A DNA stretch of 64,000 nt, taken from the NCBI GenBank assembly GCA_037447605.1, contig CM074805.1, positions 1,769,361 to 1,833,360 on the forward strand, written 5' to 3'. The translations under genes and the position numbers were made by a program. The notes beneath the pieces are model-generated. The model did no database searches. It worked only from the letters and a program-made list of their open reading frames with translations, and was not told where the DNA came from. How positions within the stretch are numbered: the stretch's first letter is position 1; each line of letters begins with the position of its first letter. Shown piece by piece: positions 22,653-34,309 of this stretch. Source of the stretch: Zygnema circumcarinatum SAG 698-1b (taxonomy: Eukaryota > Plantae > Zygnematophyceae).

Positions 22653-25600
22653 TCACTTGATTGTAGGGTTTGCAAGTGAATGAAGGCTGCGCTCAATCTC
22701 TTCCGCCAACGATGTCAACAGTTCTTTTTGCCTATTGGCGTGGAGCGCTGGCACCCAGAAAAGAGCCGGGCCAAGCTTCTCCCACAAAGCAGCCGCTATA
22801 GGCTGCACCCAAGTTTTTTACCAATGGCAGTTAGTTAAAAGCGCAGCACACCGCATGGAAGTAGCAAACATGTCTTGGTCCATTATCTCTAAGACTTGAA
22901 AAACTCCTTACAAGGAAGCTTACGAGGGCAACTCAGCCATCGTCAAGCAGTTGTACTTAGAGAAAGCACAAAGGCTCCGGAAGCAAAACCTTACTAACAG
23001 ATGAGACTTCTTCCTGTCGGCTTTCCAAAAATTTCCTGCCGATCTAGCATGTCTAGGAGAAGGAGACAGGATCGAATGTATCGAGAAAGCATTGAAAGGC
23101 ATTACTTTGATAAATTCGGGCTCTCACTAAGCATCATTCTACTCTTCATTTAGGTTTACTTCTGATTCTGGATGCCAATGCACACTCTTCCAACATTCCA
23201 GTAGCATTTGGTTCTGACCTCTCCTCTGGCAATAAGTGAAACGCTCAACACGTCAAGTCTTGTGATCTGGCTCCACTAAACTTTAAGCCCGTATATATTG
23301 AAGCTTGTAGCTCGACTATATTGTAATCCAGCGAGCAATTGACTCTACCAGACGAAAATATGCCAATACAAGAAATATGTAAAGAAACTAGTCTTGCAAT
23401 TTGGAAATACGAGAATTGAGAACTCAATTAGCATCAGTTAAGGCATGCGATTACTTCCATACAGCGCGAACAACTGCCGAATTCAAGTTATTATGCACTC
23501 CAACGCAGAGTAAAGACTGGTATAGTTAGACTCTTCAACAGTATACCATCCATTGAGTCCTCATTTACCTTCATGCTGTCGTCAAAAACAAGATTTTGAA
23601 CATCTGCATATGTCTCCGGTCCAAAGTTTGTCAGCCGGCCGCCCCAGTAGTGGTTGAAACGAATTACATTTGGGTCTGGATAATCAGAACCCGATCTCAT
23701 AACCATTGCATGGGGCGTATTTTTAACAATACTTGACCATGCAGATGCCAGCAGGATCAGCTTTGACCGACTCCCTTTGCGCTCGACCACCGGATTGCGC
23801 CGCTGATATCTTTCAATCATAAGGGCCGGCCATTCCTTTTGGGGGGCGCCCAGGAAAGTCATACAGTACACTACAATCTGGCGAAATCCAAACAGAAATT
23901 GATAGCTTCAATGACGACGCTTTTGAAAAGGGGATTGCAGTTTCCAAAGCATAAAAAGCTATTCCTCAGTCAGTTATATCTAGTGAATGAGTCGTCCGAT
24001 AAGGCGATGTATGCGCGATTGCACAAAAGGGACAACATAACTAAGGCGAAGTGACTCAGAGACTCACCATTGATATTTCTGTGGGAGTTCCCACTTTCGG
24101 CTCATACTCTTTCATGAGAAAGCGAGGCAAGAAGTTAGGTTCCCTGTCTTCTGGCATAAAGAACAGCTCGTCAATGTCGCAGATCATTACCCATCTTGTT
24201 TCGCGCCGATAAGTCTGTTTGCGAGAGATGGGCAACCACGACTTACTGTTGACAGAACTTCAACGCAACTCAAGCCAGGGTGGAGCAGTATATGCAGAAT
24301 CAAGACCACCTCACTTCAAGTGTGGAACTTCTGAGGGAAGCAAAAAGTCAAACAACAAATGTGGATTCCAAGGAAGGGAGAGTTTGAAGTTGAGGAGAGA
24401 GAGACCGTTGTTTAGTTTACGGCGAGGAGGCAGGTAAAAAAAATGGAGGGACATAAGGCAGCACTTTACCTCAAAATAGTGTATATACGAATTATCCTGC
24501 TCAAAGTGGATATCTTGTATGGTTTCGTACATATCGTAAAAACGATGATATGTGAGGAATCCGGCATCAATGTAAGGTTTAAGCGCATCTTCCTGCAGCC
24601 CCCTCATATATAGATTGGATAAAACTGAAGCATTCTCGATATTCCAACTTCAACAACGGACAAACTAGTGTCAACAAGCGTAAATATCCATCCATCGTAA
24701 CTCCCATACATTTTCAGACCTCCATTCTTTTACATACAAGTGATGCGCCTGCACGGTCACAGCTGGAATTGGCAAAGAACTGTACCATGCAAGCTATAAA
24801 GTAGACATACACACAGTTACACATGAAAGAAATAGGATAAAGTGCCGCTACATGTTACACCATTCTCACTGCAATGTATGTGCACCAGCCAAACATTCCT
24901 GTTTACAAGATCAAATAAAAAAGGAAGTCAAGTCAAGGCTTTTGGCACACAGAACTTCTGCAGGTCACACAAACCCTACCTTTCAAGCGTTAAATGCAGC
25001 CTGTCATGGCTTCCCGGCACCACACAATCTTAACTCCCTACTGAATCAAGAGATATTCCTTACCTGATTCTCATCAGCAGTATGAGCTGTGTCGTACCAA
25101 TACACATGTTCCACACCCATGTACCGCTGATACTCCAAAAACTGTTTCCAGCCAAGCGACCAACCAACCCCAGGAAAACTCTTGTTGTAAGTATCAGATG
25201 ATGCTAATGTTGTAACGGATAAGCGATATGAGCTGAATCCATATTCCTACACCAATTGGCAATGACCAGAAAGCTCTGCTAATTGACAATCAGGCCAACA
25301 AACGATGTCCATGCTCGAGCCATCTAATAGAATTAGAACAGCCAAAAACAGTAGAGCATGCAAAAGAATCATCGAAACCTGTGACCCACCGGTGAAAGGA
25401 ATGCAAATGTGAAGGGCAGTATAAAACTTCAGTTAGCCAATCATCATTTGTAGAGGAACAGAAATGACTCGGGGTTCAACCGTTTCTGTACCTGCCAGAT
25501 CTCCCAAGTTGATACGTTAAAGAGGTCGTTCAAGAAGACCCGGTTGAGGAGCACAGCAGACAAGAAATATTTTTCCTTCTGTTGCGTCACCTGGTGCATC

Positions 25601-28600
25601 AATCCTTGACCATTCTGCACATAATTGACCACTTAGTGACCAAACAATATTTGTTAGCCCATATCCGGGAAGATATTCTTCTCAAGTTCATAGCCTTACT
25701 CGCGTCAAAAGCTTCAGGCCGTTATCACAATGGAGACATCTCCACTGTCCTGCTAAGTCATAACCCCATAGACGTCATTTAAACTAGACACGACGTTGCC
25801 CACATCTACATACGATAAAAATCTTCAGAACAAAAGAAAATGTTGAAAACACAAACATAGAACAGACGCCGAACATAGACTGCATTCTAACGTGTTGGTC
25901 TCCACCCTCGGCAAAAAAGCATACCGTTGCATCAATCTCCAACCCATCCTGCGAGGTCTGATCAAGGCCCTGTGGTTCAACATAAGGGAGCAGCAGCCCA
26001 GAGAGGTTGGAGGGGCCAAGATTGGCAATTCTGCACACAGGTACGGTTACAGGTCAGAAGTACGCACAAGCTGAACAAACTGAGCTTTAAGAAAAGGTGT
26101 ACGGAAGTACAGCGATTCTTGCTATTTTGTAAATCACATTCTTAATGTTTAACAACCACTAAATTATGCATGAGTGATAGATACTTTCAACTCAGCAACC
26201 TCGTGAACAGATTTATAGCCCTGTTTAAGAATTAGCAAAGGCATTATGCAATACGATCGGAAGCATCTCCATAGTATGACAATATGTGCATGGTCGTCAA
26301 GTCTGTTAGTGAGTTTCCCGCTCTCCTCAAATGCAGAGCATTAAGAACGCCTTCCTCTTTATACAGGATAGCCTTTATAATGTAGCAAATCGATCTAAAT
26401 AACAAAGATTAGGATTTCTATCCTTCTTGATTTAAACATAAAGCCTTTTGAGCTCTTCAAATGTTAAGAACAATACATTCTAGATAGCCTCGGTTCTTGG
26501 TTCCTGAATTTAAATGGTTTGATACACAATACCAAGCACACAAAACTACATGAAAAACTAAGCTCCCCAGAGATTCTTCTCTCTTCAGTCCAATGTGCAA
26601 CTTCTTGGAAGAGTGCGCATATCAAAATAGGCCGCCATGAAGGAAATGTCGTGACGACATAAAAAAACAGTTGAGTTGATCATGCACAAAAGTTGTTTTT
26701 TCTTTCGTTTCCAGACTTGTACAGCTATACCCGTGAAAACATGCATTCTGGGAGTTCAAGACTAGATAAGCCTCCAGCCGGATGGGCCTAAAAACAGAAC
26801 AGCAAGGACTGCATACAACCAATTCTTAACCTTCACCGTCCACACTGAAACCACTACTGCAGTGATCAACCTCACATGTGACAGTGGGTTCCAGTGAACC
26901 TTACTCAGCGACATACTCAGAATAACATGCGAACTAAACAGAAAGCGTAACCTGCTTGTAGAATATGAAGGGTGCTTGAGTCTCTTACTGGTCTCTGAGC
27001 CTTGTGAGATACTTCGTGCTCGTCTTCAGCCTTGCCACTGCCTCTCGCAGACTCTCCAACTCGGCGGCCATTGGATTCGCATCGCCGCGCTTTAAGGCAT
27101 CCGCCACCAATGGGCGCAGGAAGTTTGCAAGAAGCTGAGGAGGCAAGGAAGGAACAAGGAAGCCGCCCATTTGAAGAGTGCAGTCAGCCGAGTGAGCATA
27201 GTCTATACAAATAAATGCAGTAAGCACTGGCACAAAATGTGAATTGGGGCAAAAAACGAGAGAAATATAAAAGCAGAGTAGCAGCAGCAGCAGTTTCCCG
27301 GCTTGTTTTTGAAAAATTGAAGGCTAGATGCACCTACGTGTACTTTGTCCACTTACTAGAAACTGACGGTCTCTACTTACGAAAACGCACTCATAGGACC
27401 GCCGTACATTTAGAAAACTATCACATCGAATGTCTGATAGGGGCCAAATTGGGCCTTCACGAAGCTGGAAATGTAAGCACTCATCAATACACCCTGACGA
27501 CTCCCAAATCGCAGCATTTTGCGAGGGATTTGGAGGGCCCCAACAACATGTTGACATAATTGAACTTGAAGAACCAAAGGAAGGAGACAATGGCTGGACA
27601 GAAACCCTGTGTAAGTCCCATAGTTCAGAGCTCACCTTACAGCAATCGCCGATGTTGAAGGGATTCAGTGGATGTACTCTTGATTCAGCGTCACTCTTCA
27701 AAAGGACAGAATAATCGAGTACTTGCAGGGGACCTGATCCGAGTATGGGTCCATTTTTGGCCTCCCGTGGAGACTTGCAATTTCTTTGGAAGAACCATTT
27801 ATTCTTGCAATGCGAGGGCTGCCACATCATTACCGGATCACTAGTGGATGGGACCATTGCTGAGCAGTGCCGGTTGTCAAGAAGGAGGTTTGGTGGCACA
27901 ACAGAATCGTGGAAACCTATGCATGACGTACCCGGAACTGCCACCTGGTAATAGAGGATAAGTTTAGATTGAGGGAAGCCAAACTGAAAGGAGAGGAGGT
28001 CAGCAGGCTGCATGCTCGATAGAAGTGGTCGGCTTGAGCACACTATTCAATGAGAAAAAATAAAGCAAAAAGAAAAAGAGTAAAAAAGAAAGAAAAGGAC
28101 TGACAGAAGGTAACGATCGTAAACTTCAAAAAAGAAAAGTGAAGAAAATTGACCGATGCACAACATTGGCGCAAATGCGAAAGCATGTCTGATGAAAAAC
28201 GGGTAGAAGTGGATAAAGTGATAGATAAAGTGGATTCACTCAATCTCGGACAAGGGTGCACCCAACCAACCCAGTCATAAAGGCCGCAGAGAGAGAAGAA
28301 AGGGGAACACCAACATGAAATAAATGTAATCAATGGGGACTGAAGCCAAGACAGAGCCACAGGAGTGGGCTAAGACCAAAGGAGCAGAGACAAGGAACAT
28401 GGAGACGTCAAGCTCTGCAGCAGAAGTTGAAGCTTCTCTCACCTCCTCGCCTTCAGATAAATGGTTCAGCATATAGTTCTTCAAGGACCCTTCCGCATTG
28501 CCCACAATGGGGTACTGGTCCATCCTACAGATTACAAGCCAATGGTCTTTCCCTGCATGCTCCTGCATGGTGTCTCAGTCTAGGTGGGCAAGAGTTTCAA

Positions 28601-30856
28601 AAAAAAAACTAGCGTTTTACAAAAGGGGTCATAAAACATCAGTTATTTGAGCAAACACGATTCACTTCAACAATTTTAAAAACAATTCAAAAACGTCCAG
28701 TCTGGAGACAGCGAACATCTGTGCTAGCCTACACTTCAACTCTCACTAGTCTACTCTGAAAAAAGATTTTGAGGCCCCTCAAAAGCTACTGCATATCAAA
28801 CTTCACAAAAGCTGCGGCTCACAGTCCACACGTTCCTCACCTGAAGATATTCTCTGATGACTCTATCCTGCCATCTAGAGATGTCGCCATCAAAAGTTAC
28901 ACCTCCAAGAGTCACATAATCTGAATTGAAGTACAAGGCCAGCTGTCGGGGGTCCGTCCACTGCAATTGAAACCATCAAAAGTGACACGTATAAAAATAA
29001 GAGATACCACGTCAATAGCGAAGTCACTGGAAGTTTGACTTGGACGTTCATATGTGACCACAGGAGGAGACTGTAAAATACAAAATCCAGCAAATATGCT
29101 TTGCACTTCTGGAGAAGTCAACTCCTACAGACAAAAAAAGGAATGCCTTTAATATTGACTATGTGGCAAGAAGATACGTTTTCCTCGGAGACTGAATTCT
29201 GAAAAAAAAATCCTGGACATTAACACCTCAAACAGTCCTGCATATTTTCTCACATGTTGATGTTGACAGAAAAATTCCTGCCACTGGCCTGTACTCAATC
29301 GGACGCTATGGCCATCCACACATTTGTACTTCGCCTCCGCTTAAGAGGAAAGTGACTTCACTCACAAGAGGAGAAAATGGAACTTGCATGTTGACATAAA
29401 TGTACACATGGGCCACACCTGCAAACTTCATATACTCGAGCCACTGCACACAGGCAGACAACAACACCCAGGATCGTGATTTTTTCAGATCTCCTTGTCT
29501 CCAACTTGAAGCAAACGATATATCCTTAACATATGATCTAACCATATCTACTGGCGAGGAGTGTTTGCCATACATTGATTCGAGAAAGACTCAAATTTGC
29601 GAGACTGATTGCCGGTTGCCACAGCAGCACGTGCATTTGCCTTCATCAATAAGTTCAATCATATAGAAGGCACTCTCCTTGCATAGACCTGCTTGCTCTG
29701 TCCGGCACGGAATCCTCGATCACTTCAGCAGTTTCCAGTCAAACACGACGTCCTGCTCCCAAGCTTATTTAAACTAACCAGCCTGTCGTTCATTAAAGTG
29801 ATGCAAAGTCTGAGGGTGCTACGAGCACCTGAACTGCCAGATTTAAATTCAGCGATGTCGTGGCCGCACTAGTGCTTTCAGCTAGCACTAAAGCTGCAAC
29901 CCTAGGTTCCACGGTGTCCAACTCCTGCATCCGCTTGGCATTTCTTGCTCCACCCAATCTCGGCAATGGCACATTGGCAGTACTGCCAATAATTGCTGCT
30001 GCTGTGCCTTGTGCGTCCTTGCCAATGGATGCTGTTGCTTCTTGCGTGTCTCCATCAGCGTATCGCTGCAAACAATCAAACAAAATGCTAGCATGTCAGT
30101 AAGCCCCATACAGTTGTCAGACAAACTGTAATGCTGCAATTCGGGTCCGAGAGTCCATTCTACTTCTCCATGAAGAATTGAAAATGTGAGAATTAATTGG
30201 CTCCAAATTAAGGAAGCTACATGGGAAATGGATGGTACAAATTGTGGGACCAATGCTTTCGTTGCGTCTGCAGATAATGGTTGACTCCAGGTTCAAATGT
30301 CAAGTTATTAATATTTTCAAACCGTAATGCGTGCCAAAAACGTTAAGACTCATAAACTTCCGAGAAAACGAACAAAACTAGACCATGGCCTCTCGTGTTT
30401 ATTTCCACGTCTTGAGATAATATAATCAATACGAGCAGCTTTCCGGGAGCAACTCAGTTTAATCCAAACGGTTAGAGTTTACTCGTTTGCATCAATACCA
30501 CCATGGTTGCCAGTCTCCAGACTTATCTTCTTAAACCTGACCACTCAGTAGGTGCCTGATAACAAGCCAAAGGAGTCTGGCTGCCAACGTTTCCACGAGA
30601 TATACTCGCAATAACGCAAACGCGTCGAAAATTTAGCAATATCGCAACTTATCTTTCTCCATTTTCAAACAGCGAAACTCATCCAAAATCCCAGAGAAAT
30701 AGCTTGGCCAGACTACGAAACGAGCAATGCAGTTGCGGACACCCACCATAATCATCAATGAAATGACTCCCTTTGACTCCAGCTCGCCACCCACCCTCTC
30801 TCCGAACCACTCACTGAGGCGCATCTACCAACCTCAGACCCGCCCCCGCAGAGAGG

Positions 30857-30900
<44 letters not shown>

Positions 30901-31120
30901 AGCCGACCTCCGAGTACGAGTCGAGCACCGCGAAGATGTGCAGCAGCTGGTAGCTCACCACCAGCGCCAGGGCCGCCACCACCGCCCGCCGGCCCGCCCG
31001 CACGGCCCGCCCGCGCATGGCCATGGCTCCCCCCATGCCCGTGCCCATGCTCATGGCCCCCCCCATGCCCATGCGCATGCCCATGCCCATGCCCGTGCGC
31101 ATGCCCATGGCCGCAGCCAT
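22653..31120 (-). CDS. Type II membrane glycosyltransferase with two tandem GT92/DUF23-like GT-A modules (first degenerate, second intact)
   Basis: Exons 31120-30908 (Met/Gly tail plus TM AVVAALALVVSYQLLHIFAVL), 30065-29829, [29688-29543 unresolved], 29443-29366, 29124-29011, 28960-28916, 28562-28443, 27944-27636, 27134-26989, 26030-25925, 25614-25492, 25141-25064, 24592-24470, 24214-24068, 23877-23569, 22802-22653. Motifs (W/F)LEY...GV.HVY.Y twice, LKPYIDAGFLT, WVMICDIDELF, IRFNHYWG. The family label comes from recalled motifs, not from a search. Confidence 0.72.
30851..30900 (+). repeat. (AG)n microsatellite at the start of intron 1 of the GT92-like gene
   Basis: Run of GA dinucleotides seen directly. 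Confidence 0.9.
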
Positions 31121-31210
31121 GGCTCCTTAGCCCGCCCCGGCTCCTGCAAGACCGCCCAAGCACTCCATTTTCTTCCAGCCAGCCTTCGAGGCGGCTTCTT
31201 GGAAGCAGGC

Positions 31211-31331
31211 GTACGGATTTGTACCGTACTGTACCGATCGCACCAGATCTACGTTTTGACCGTACGGTACCGTCGGGATGCGGAGAGTCTGAGATACTGT
31301 ACGTACGTCGGCAGATCCGTCTTCGTTGTAC
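31211..31331. promoter_or_regulatory. Cluster of nine GTAC cores just upstream of the GT92-like ATG (candidate SBP/SPL-CRR1 sites)
   Basis: GTAC at 31211, 31221, 31226, 31231, 31262, 31267, 31299, 31303 and 31328. Confidence 0.5.
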
Positions 31332-31424
31332 GGACGGAGGATTCTGCGAGCGCCAGTCAAAGCCCCGCGTTTTGAACCCCGCGGGAGCAAGGGAAGACGG
31401 GGGAGCGGGAGGGACTGGACAGCT

Positions 31425-31990
31425 CTCTCCGCCTCCGTCCCTCTCTCTCTCTCCCTCTCTACGTCTCTCTCTCTCGTCCTTCCGCCCTCCCACCCTCTCT
31501 CCCTCTCTCTCTACCTCTCTCTCTCTTGTCCTTCCTCCCACCCTCCCTCTCTCCGCCTCGATCACTCTTCCTTTTACTCCTCTCAGTACCTCGCTCCCTC
31601 TTCCTCTTCCTCCCTCTTCCACTCTCTAGCCCTCCCTCTTGTCTCTCTCCCTTTCTTCCTCCTCTCCCTCTCTCACCATCCCTCTTGTCCCTCTCCCTCT
31701 CTTCCTCCCTCTCCTCTCACTCTCCCTCTCCCTTTCTTTGTACTCACCCCCCTCGCTCTCGCTCGCTCGCTCTCCCTCCCTCCCTGGATTTCTCTCCCTA
31801 TCTCTCCCTCCTTTTTTGCTCTCGCTCTTACTCTCTCTTCCCTTTGTCAATCCCTCTCTCTCCCTCTCCCCTTTTTCCTCTCCCGCTCTTTCTCCCACTC
31901 CCTCTCCCTCCTCTCCCTCCCTCCTTCCTAACCCATCCCCCCTCTCTCCCCCTGTCCCTGCCCCTCCCCCTTCCCCACTCTCTCTCTCTC
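31425..31990 (+). repeat. Polypyrimidine (CT-rich) low-complexity tract
   Basis: About 560 bp composed almost entirely of C and T. Confidence 0.9.
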
Positions 31991-32271
31991 ATGTATTTGT
32001 CCTCCAATATTGTTTACTCTTTGACACGACTTCAAATGATGTCACGTGACTATATATAAAAGTTTAGACCGTTCGGTTGAGTTGTACAAGAAAACCACAA
32101 TCATGTGGCGTAGGCATTCACAAAGTGTAAATCTCGTTTAAACAACAACATGGAACTCATGAGAACAACAACAACAACAACATTGTAACAAAAGTTGTGC
32201 CCGCATGTTTGCCACGTTTTCATCCCTTTGTTATTCATAGTTTTTGCGCTGATCCAAATTCCGCCTTTCCG

Positions 32272-34299
32272 TGATCCAAAAAAAACAAAAATGCCGGCCG
32301 GGAAATTGCTTTGATGACCCTCCGACACAGACAGGTACGGTTCGGCATATACGCCAAAAGAATCCGCCCGGCCATATCAGCCGACTAACTGTACGGCTTG
32401 TACCAAGCACCCGTCTGAATCTGCCCACCCCCGTTTGGACCTCCATGACGCAAACACTTGTCAAACATCGATTAGTCCACGTGGCAAACTCTACTTATTC
32501 GTACAGATATTGTCTGTCGTATTTCCTTGACCCGCGAGCTCCATATTGTCGTTTCCGTCCGTACATAGTCGTCCGTACAGTAGGACCCCGTCATATTTTC
32601 CACCTACATTTGGCAAAAATCGGGCGAAAATATTGTATTTGACAAATATAAGGTCCGTGTTACCAATAGGCAAGCGGAATTATGTTAGAGTTCATGTAGG
32701 TCCGTACGTATCGTATCGCACCATCTCCTATCGTTTGCTGTCGTATCGCACCGCATCGTACCGTATCGTATCGTAGCTAATCGCATACAGTACATGAAGC
32801 ACGCCTTAGCGTATACTGAGGCAGCAACCCAAAAAGCTTCGAGCCCGTAACGGCTACTACAGCTCGTACGGCTAGTACGGATAGTACCGTATCGGGGCGT
32901 GTCGTATCGTATCGAAAACAAGAAGAAGTGGGGAAGAGCGAGCGCCTCTTACGGCGGCACGTGCGGGGAGAATAGGTGAGTTTTGCGTAAGCCCGTGACG
33001 GCTAGTACAGCTAGTACGGTTCGTACGGTTCGTACGGTTAGTACGAATAGTACGGCTAACACAAGTTACCGTACAAAAAGGTGGTTTCGGCAAAATCGGG
33101 GCAAATTTCTTGGGGACGCACTTTTGATGGTGGAAAATATGACGGGGTCCTACTGTATGGGTCACACTCTGAAAAGTACCATACGGTCACTGGGAGTACA
33201 GTACCGTCCAGTGCACTGTACGTCCGAGCCCTTGATCTTGGCTCATGCTGTGCAGGGCGCGTCTGGTTCCTGCTGCAGCCGAGGGAGGGAGGGAGGGAGG
33301 GGGTAGGCGGGTATGGAGGGGGAGGGGCTGTGAGGGAAGGAGGGCGGCAGGAGGGGATGCAGGAGAGGGTGAGGGAGAGGGAGAGAGGGAGAGGGAGAGG
33401 GAGAGGGAGAGGGAGAGGAGGGGAGGGGAGGGATGAGCGGAGACCTGCTTCGGAAGGGGTAATGACAGCTCGCACTCTTCGCTGGGACCTGCTTGCTGCG
33501 GTCAGAGGTTTTGGTCAGGTGTAGAGAGGCATGATATGATAAGGATATTTTGAGCGCCGTGCATATGTGTGTATGTATATACATGATGTGCGGATATTTT
33601 TTCTGTTGCATGTTTGTTGGACGTTGGCCGTTTGGGTGGTTGTTAGATGGCCAGCACCCGGTGTTGTTGTTGGAGGCTGTCCAGTGGTTGAATTCTGGTT
33701 GGAAATTCTCCTCCTACAGTGTGATCTGCTTTGCTACTGGATATGTTAATGTTAAAAAATGCAGTGAGTGGCAAGCGAAAGAAGTAAGACATCGCAAAAG
33801 AACTTTTGCAAAAATGTAGGCTGTCCTGATTGTAAGCATGTTTTTTTTAGAATGCAGAAGGAATATGGGTATTTGATTTTAAAACTGATTACGTAGTTTT
33901 TTGATCCATGTGCGGAGATAGAAACGAGCTTGGCTGATCCCAATGATGATATTTGTTAAACCTGAAGGAATGACGAGTTGTCATTCTGCTGCTCACTCTT
34001 CCAGTTTTTTGGTTCGTCCTCGTGTTCGTGCTAAAATGCCTTCTATAACGGAAATTGCAGTGGTAGTACACATGCAGAGTGAACGAAGAACCAGTTTGTT
34101 CTTGATTCCAGGAATATCTCTCAATGCTGCAATGCAACAACGTCGCAATTCAACAGCACAAACGTGCTTTCATGCTGTAATTAATGGTTGCAGATTCGTT
34201 AAAATTTTGAAGTTCATGCGGCGCAAGAAGCTGCATTCTTTTGGGGCTCGACTATCCAGAAGAGCATTCATTTTGAGGGTGTTGCTTGGTGCCGCTTTT
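32272..34299 (+). repeat. About 2.03-kb tandem duplication, copy 1 (ends at the 10-N gap; truncates GT31 exon 1)
   Basis: Near-identical to 34310-36335 (offset 2038 before the MITE, 2036 after it). Confidence 0.92.
32578..33155. mobile_element. Non-autonomous Tc1/mariner-superfamily MITE (pogo/Tigger-like termini), GTAC-rich
   Basis: Perfect 27-bp TIRs CAGTAGGACCCCGTCATATTTTCCACC (32578-32604) and its reverse complement (33129-33155); TA target-site duplication at 32576-77 and 33156-57; no transposase ORF. Confidence 0.85.
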
Positions 34300-34309
34300 N
34301 NNNNNNNNN

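Noticed and set aside
29659-29661. In-frame TGA as selenocysteine
   Set aside because: The position does not align with a Cys or catalytic residue in module 2, no SECIS could be identified by eye, and an alternative splice path exists.
30727-32059. Long ORFs (up to 300 aa) in the CT/GA-rich region, including His-Ala, His-Gly and Cys-Pro repeat frames
   Set aside because: These arise from low-complexity DNA lacking stop codons. Only the minus-strand Met/Gly-TM frame connects to spliced exons.
32842-33060. CRISPR-like or iteron-like repeats
   Set aside because: These are 9-bp tandem units with no unique spacers, inside a eukaryotic MITE, and no cas genes are present.
33943-34299. A second GT31 gene copy
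   Set aside because: It is only the duplicated first exon cut by the N-gap, most likely an assembly overlap.
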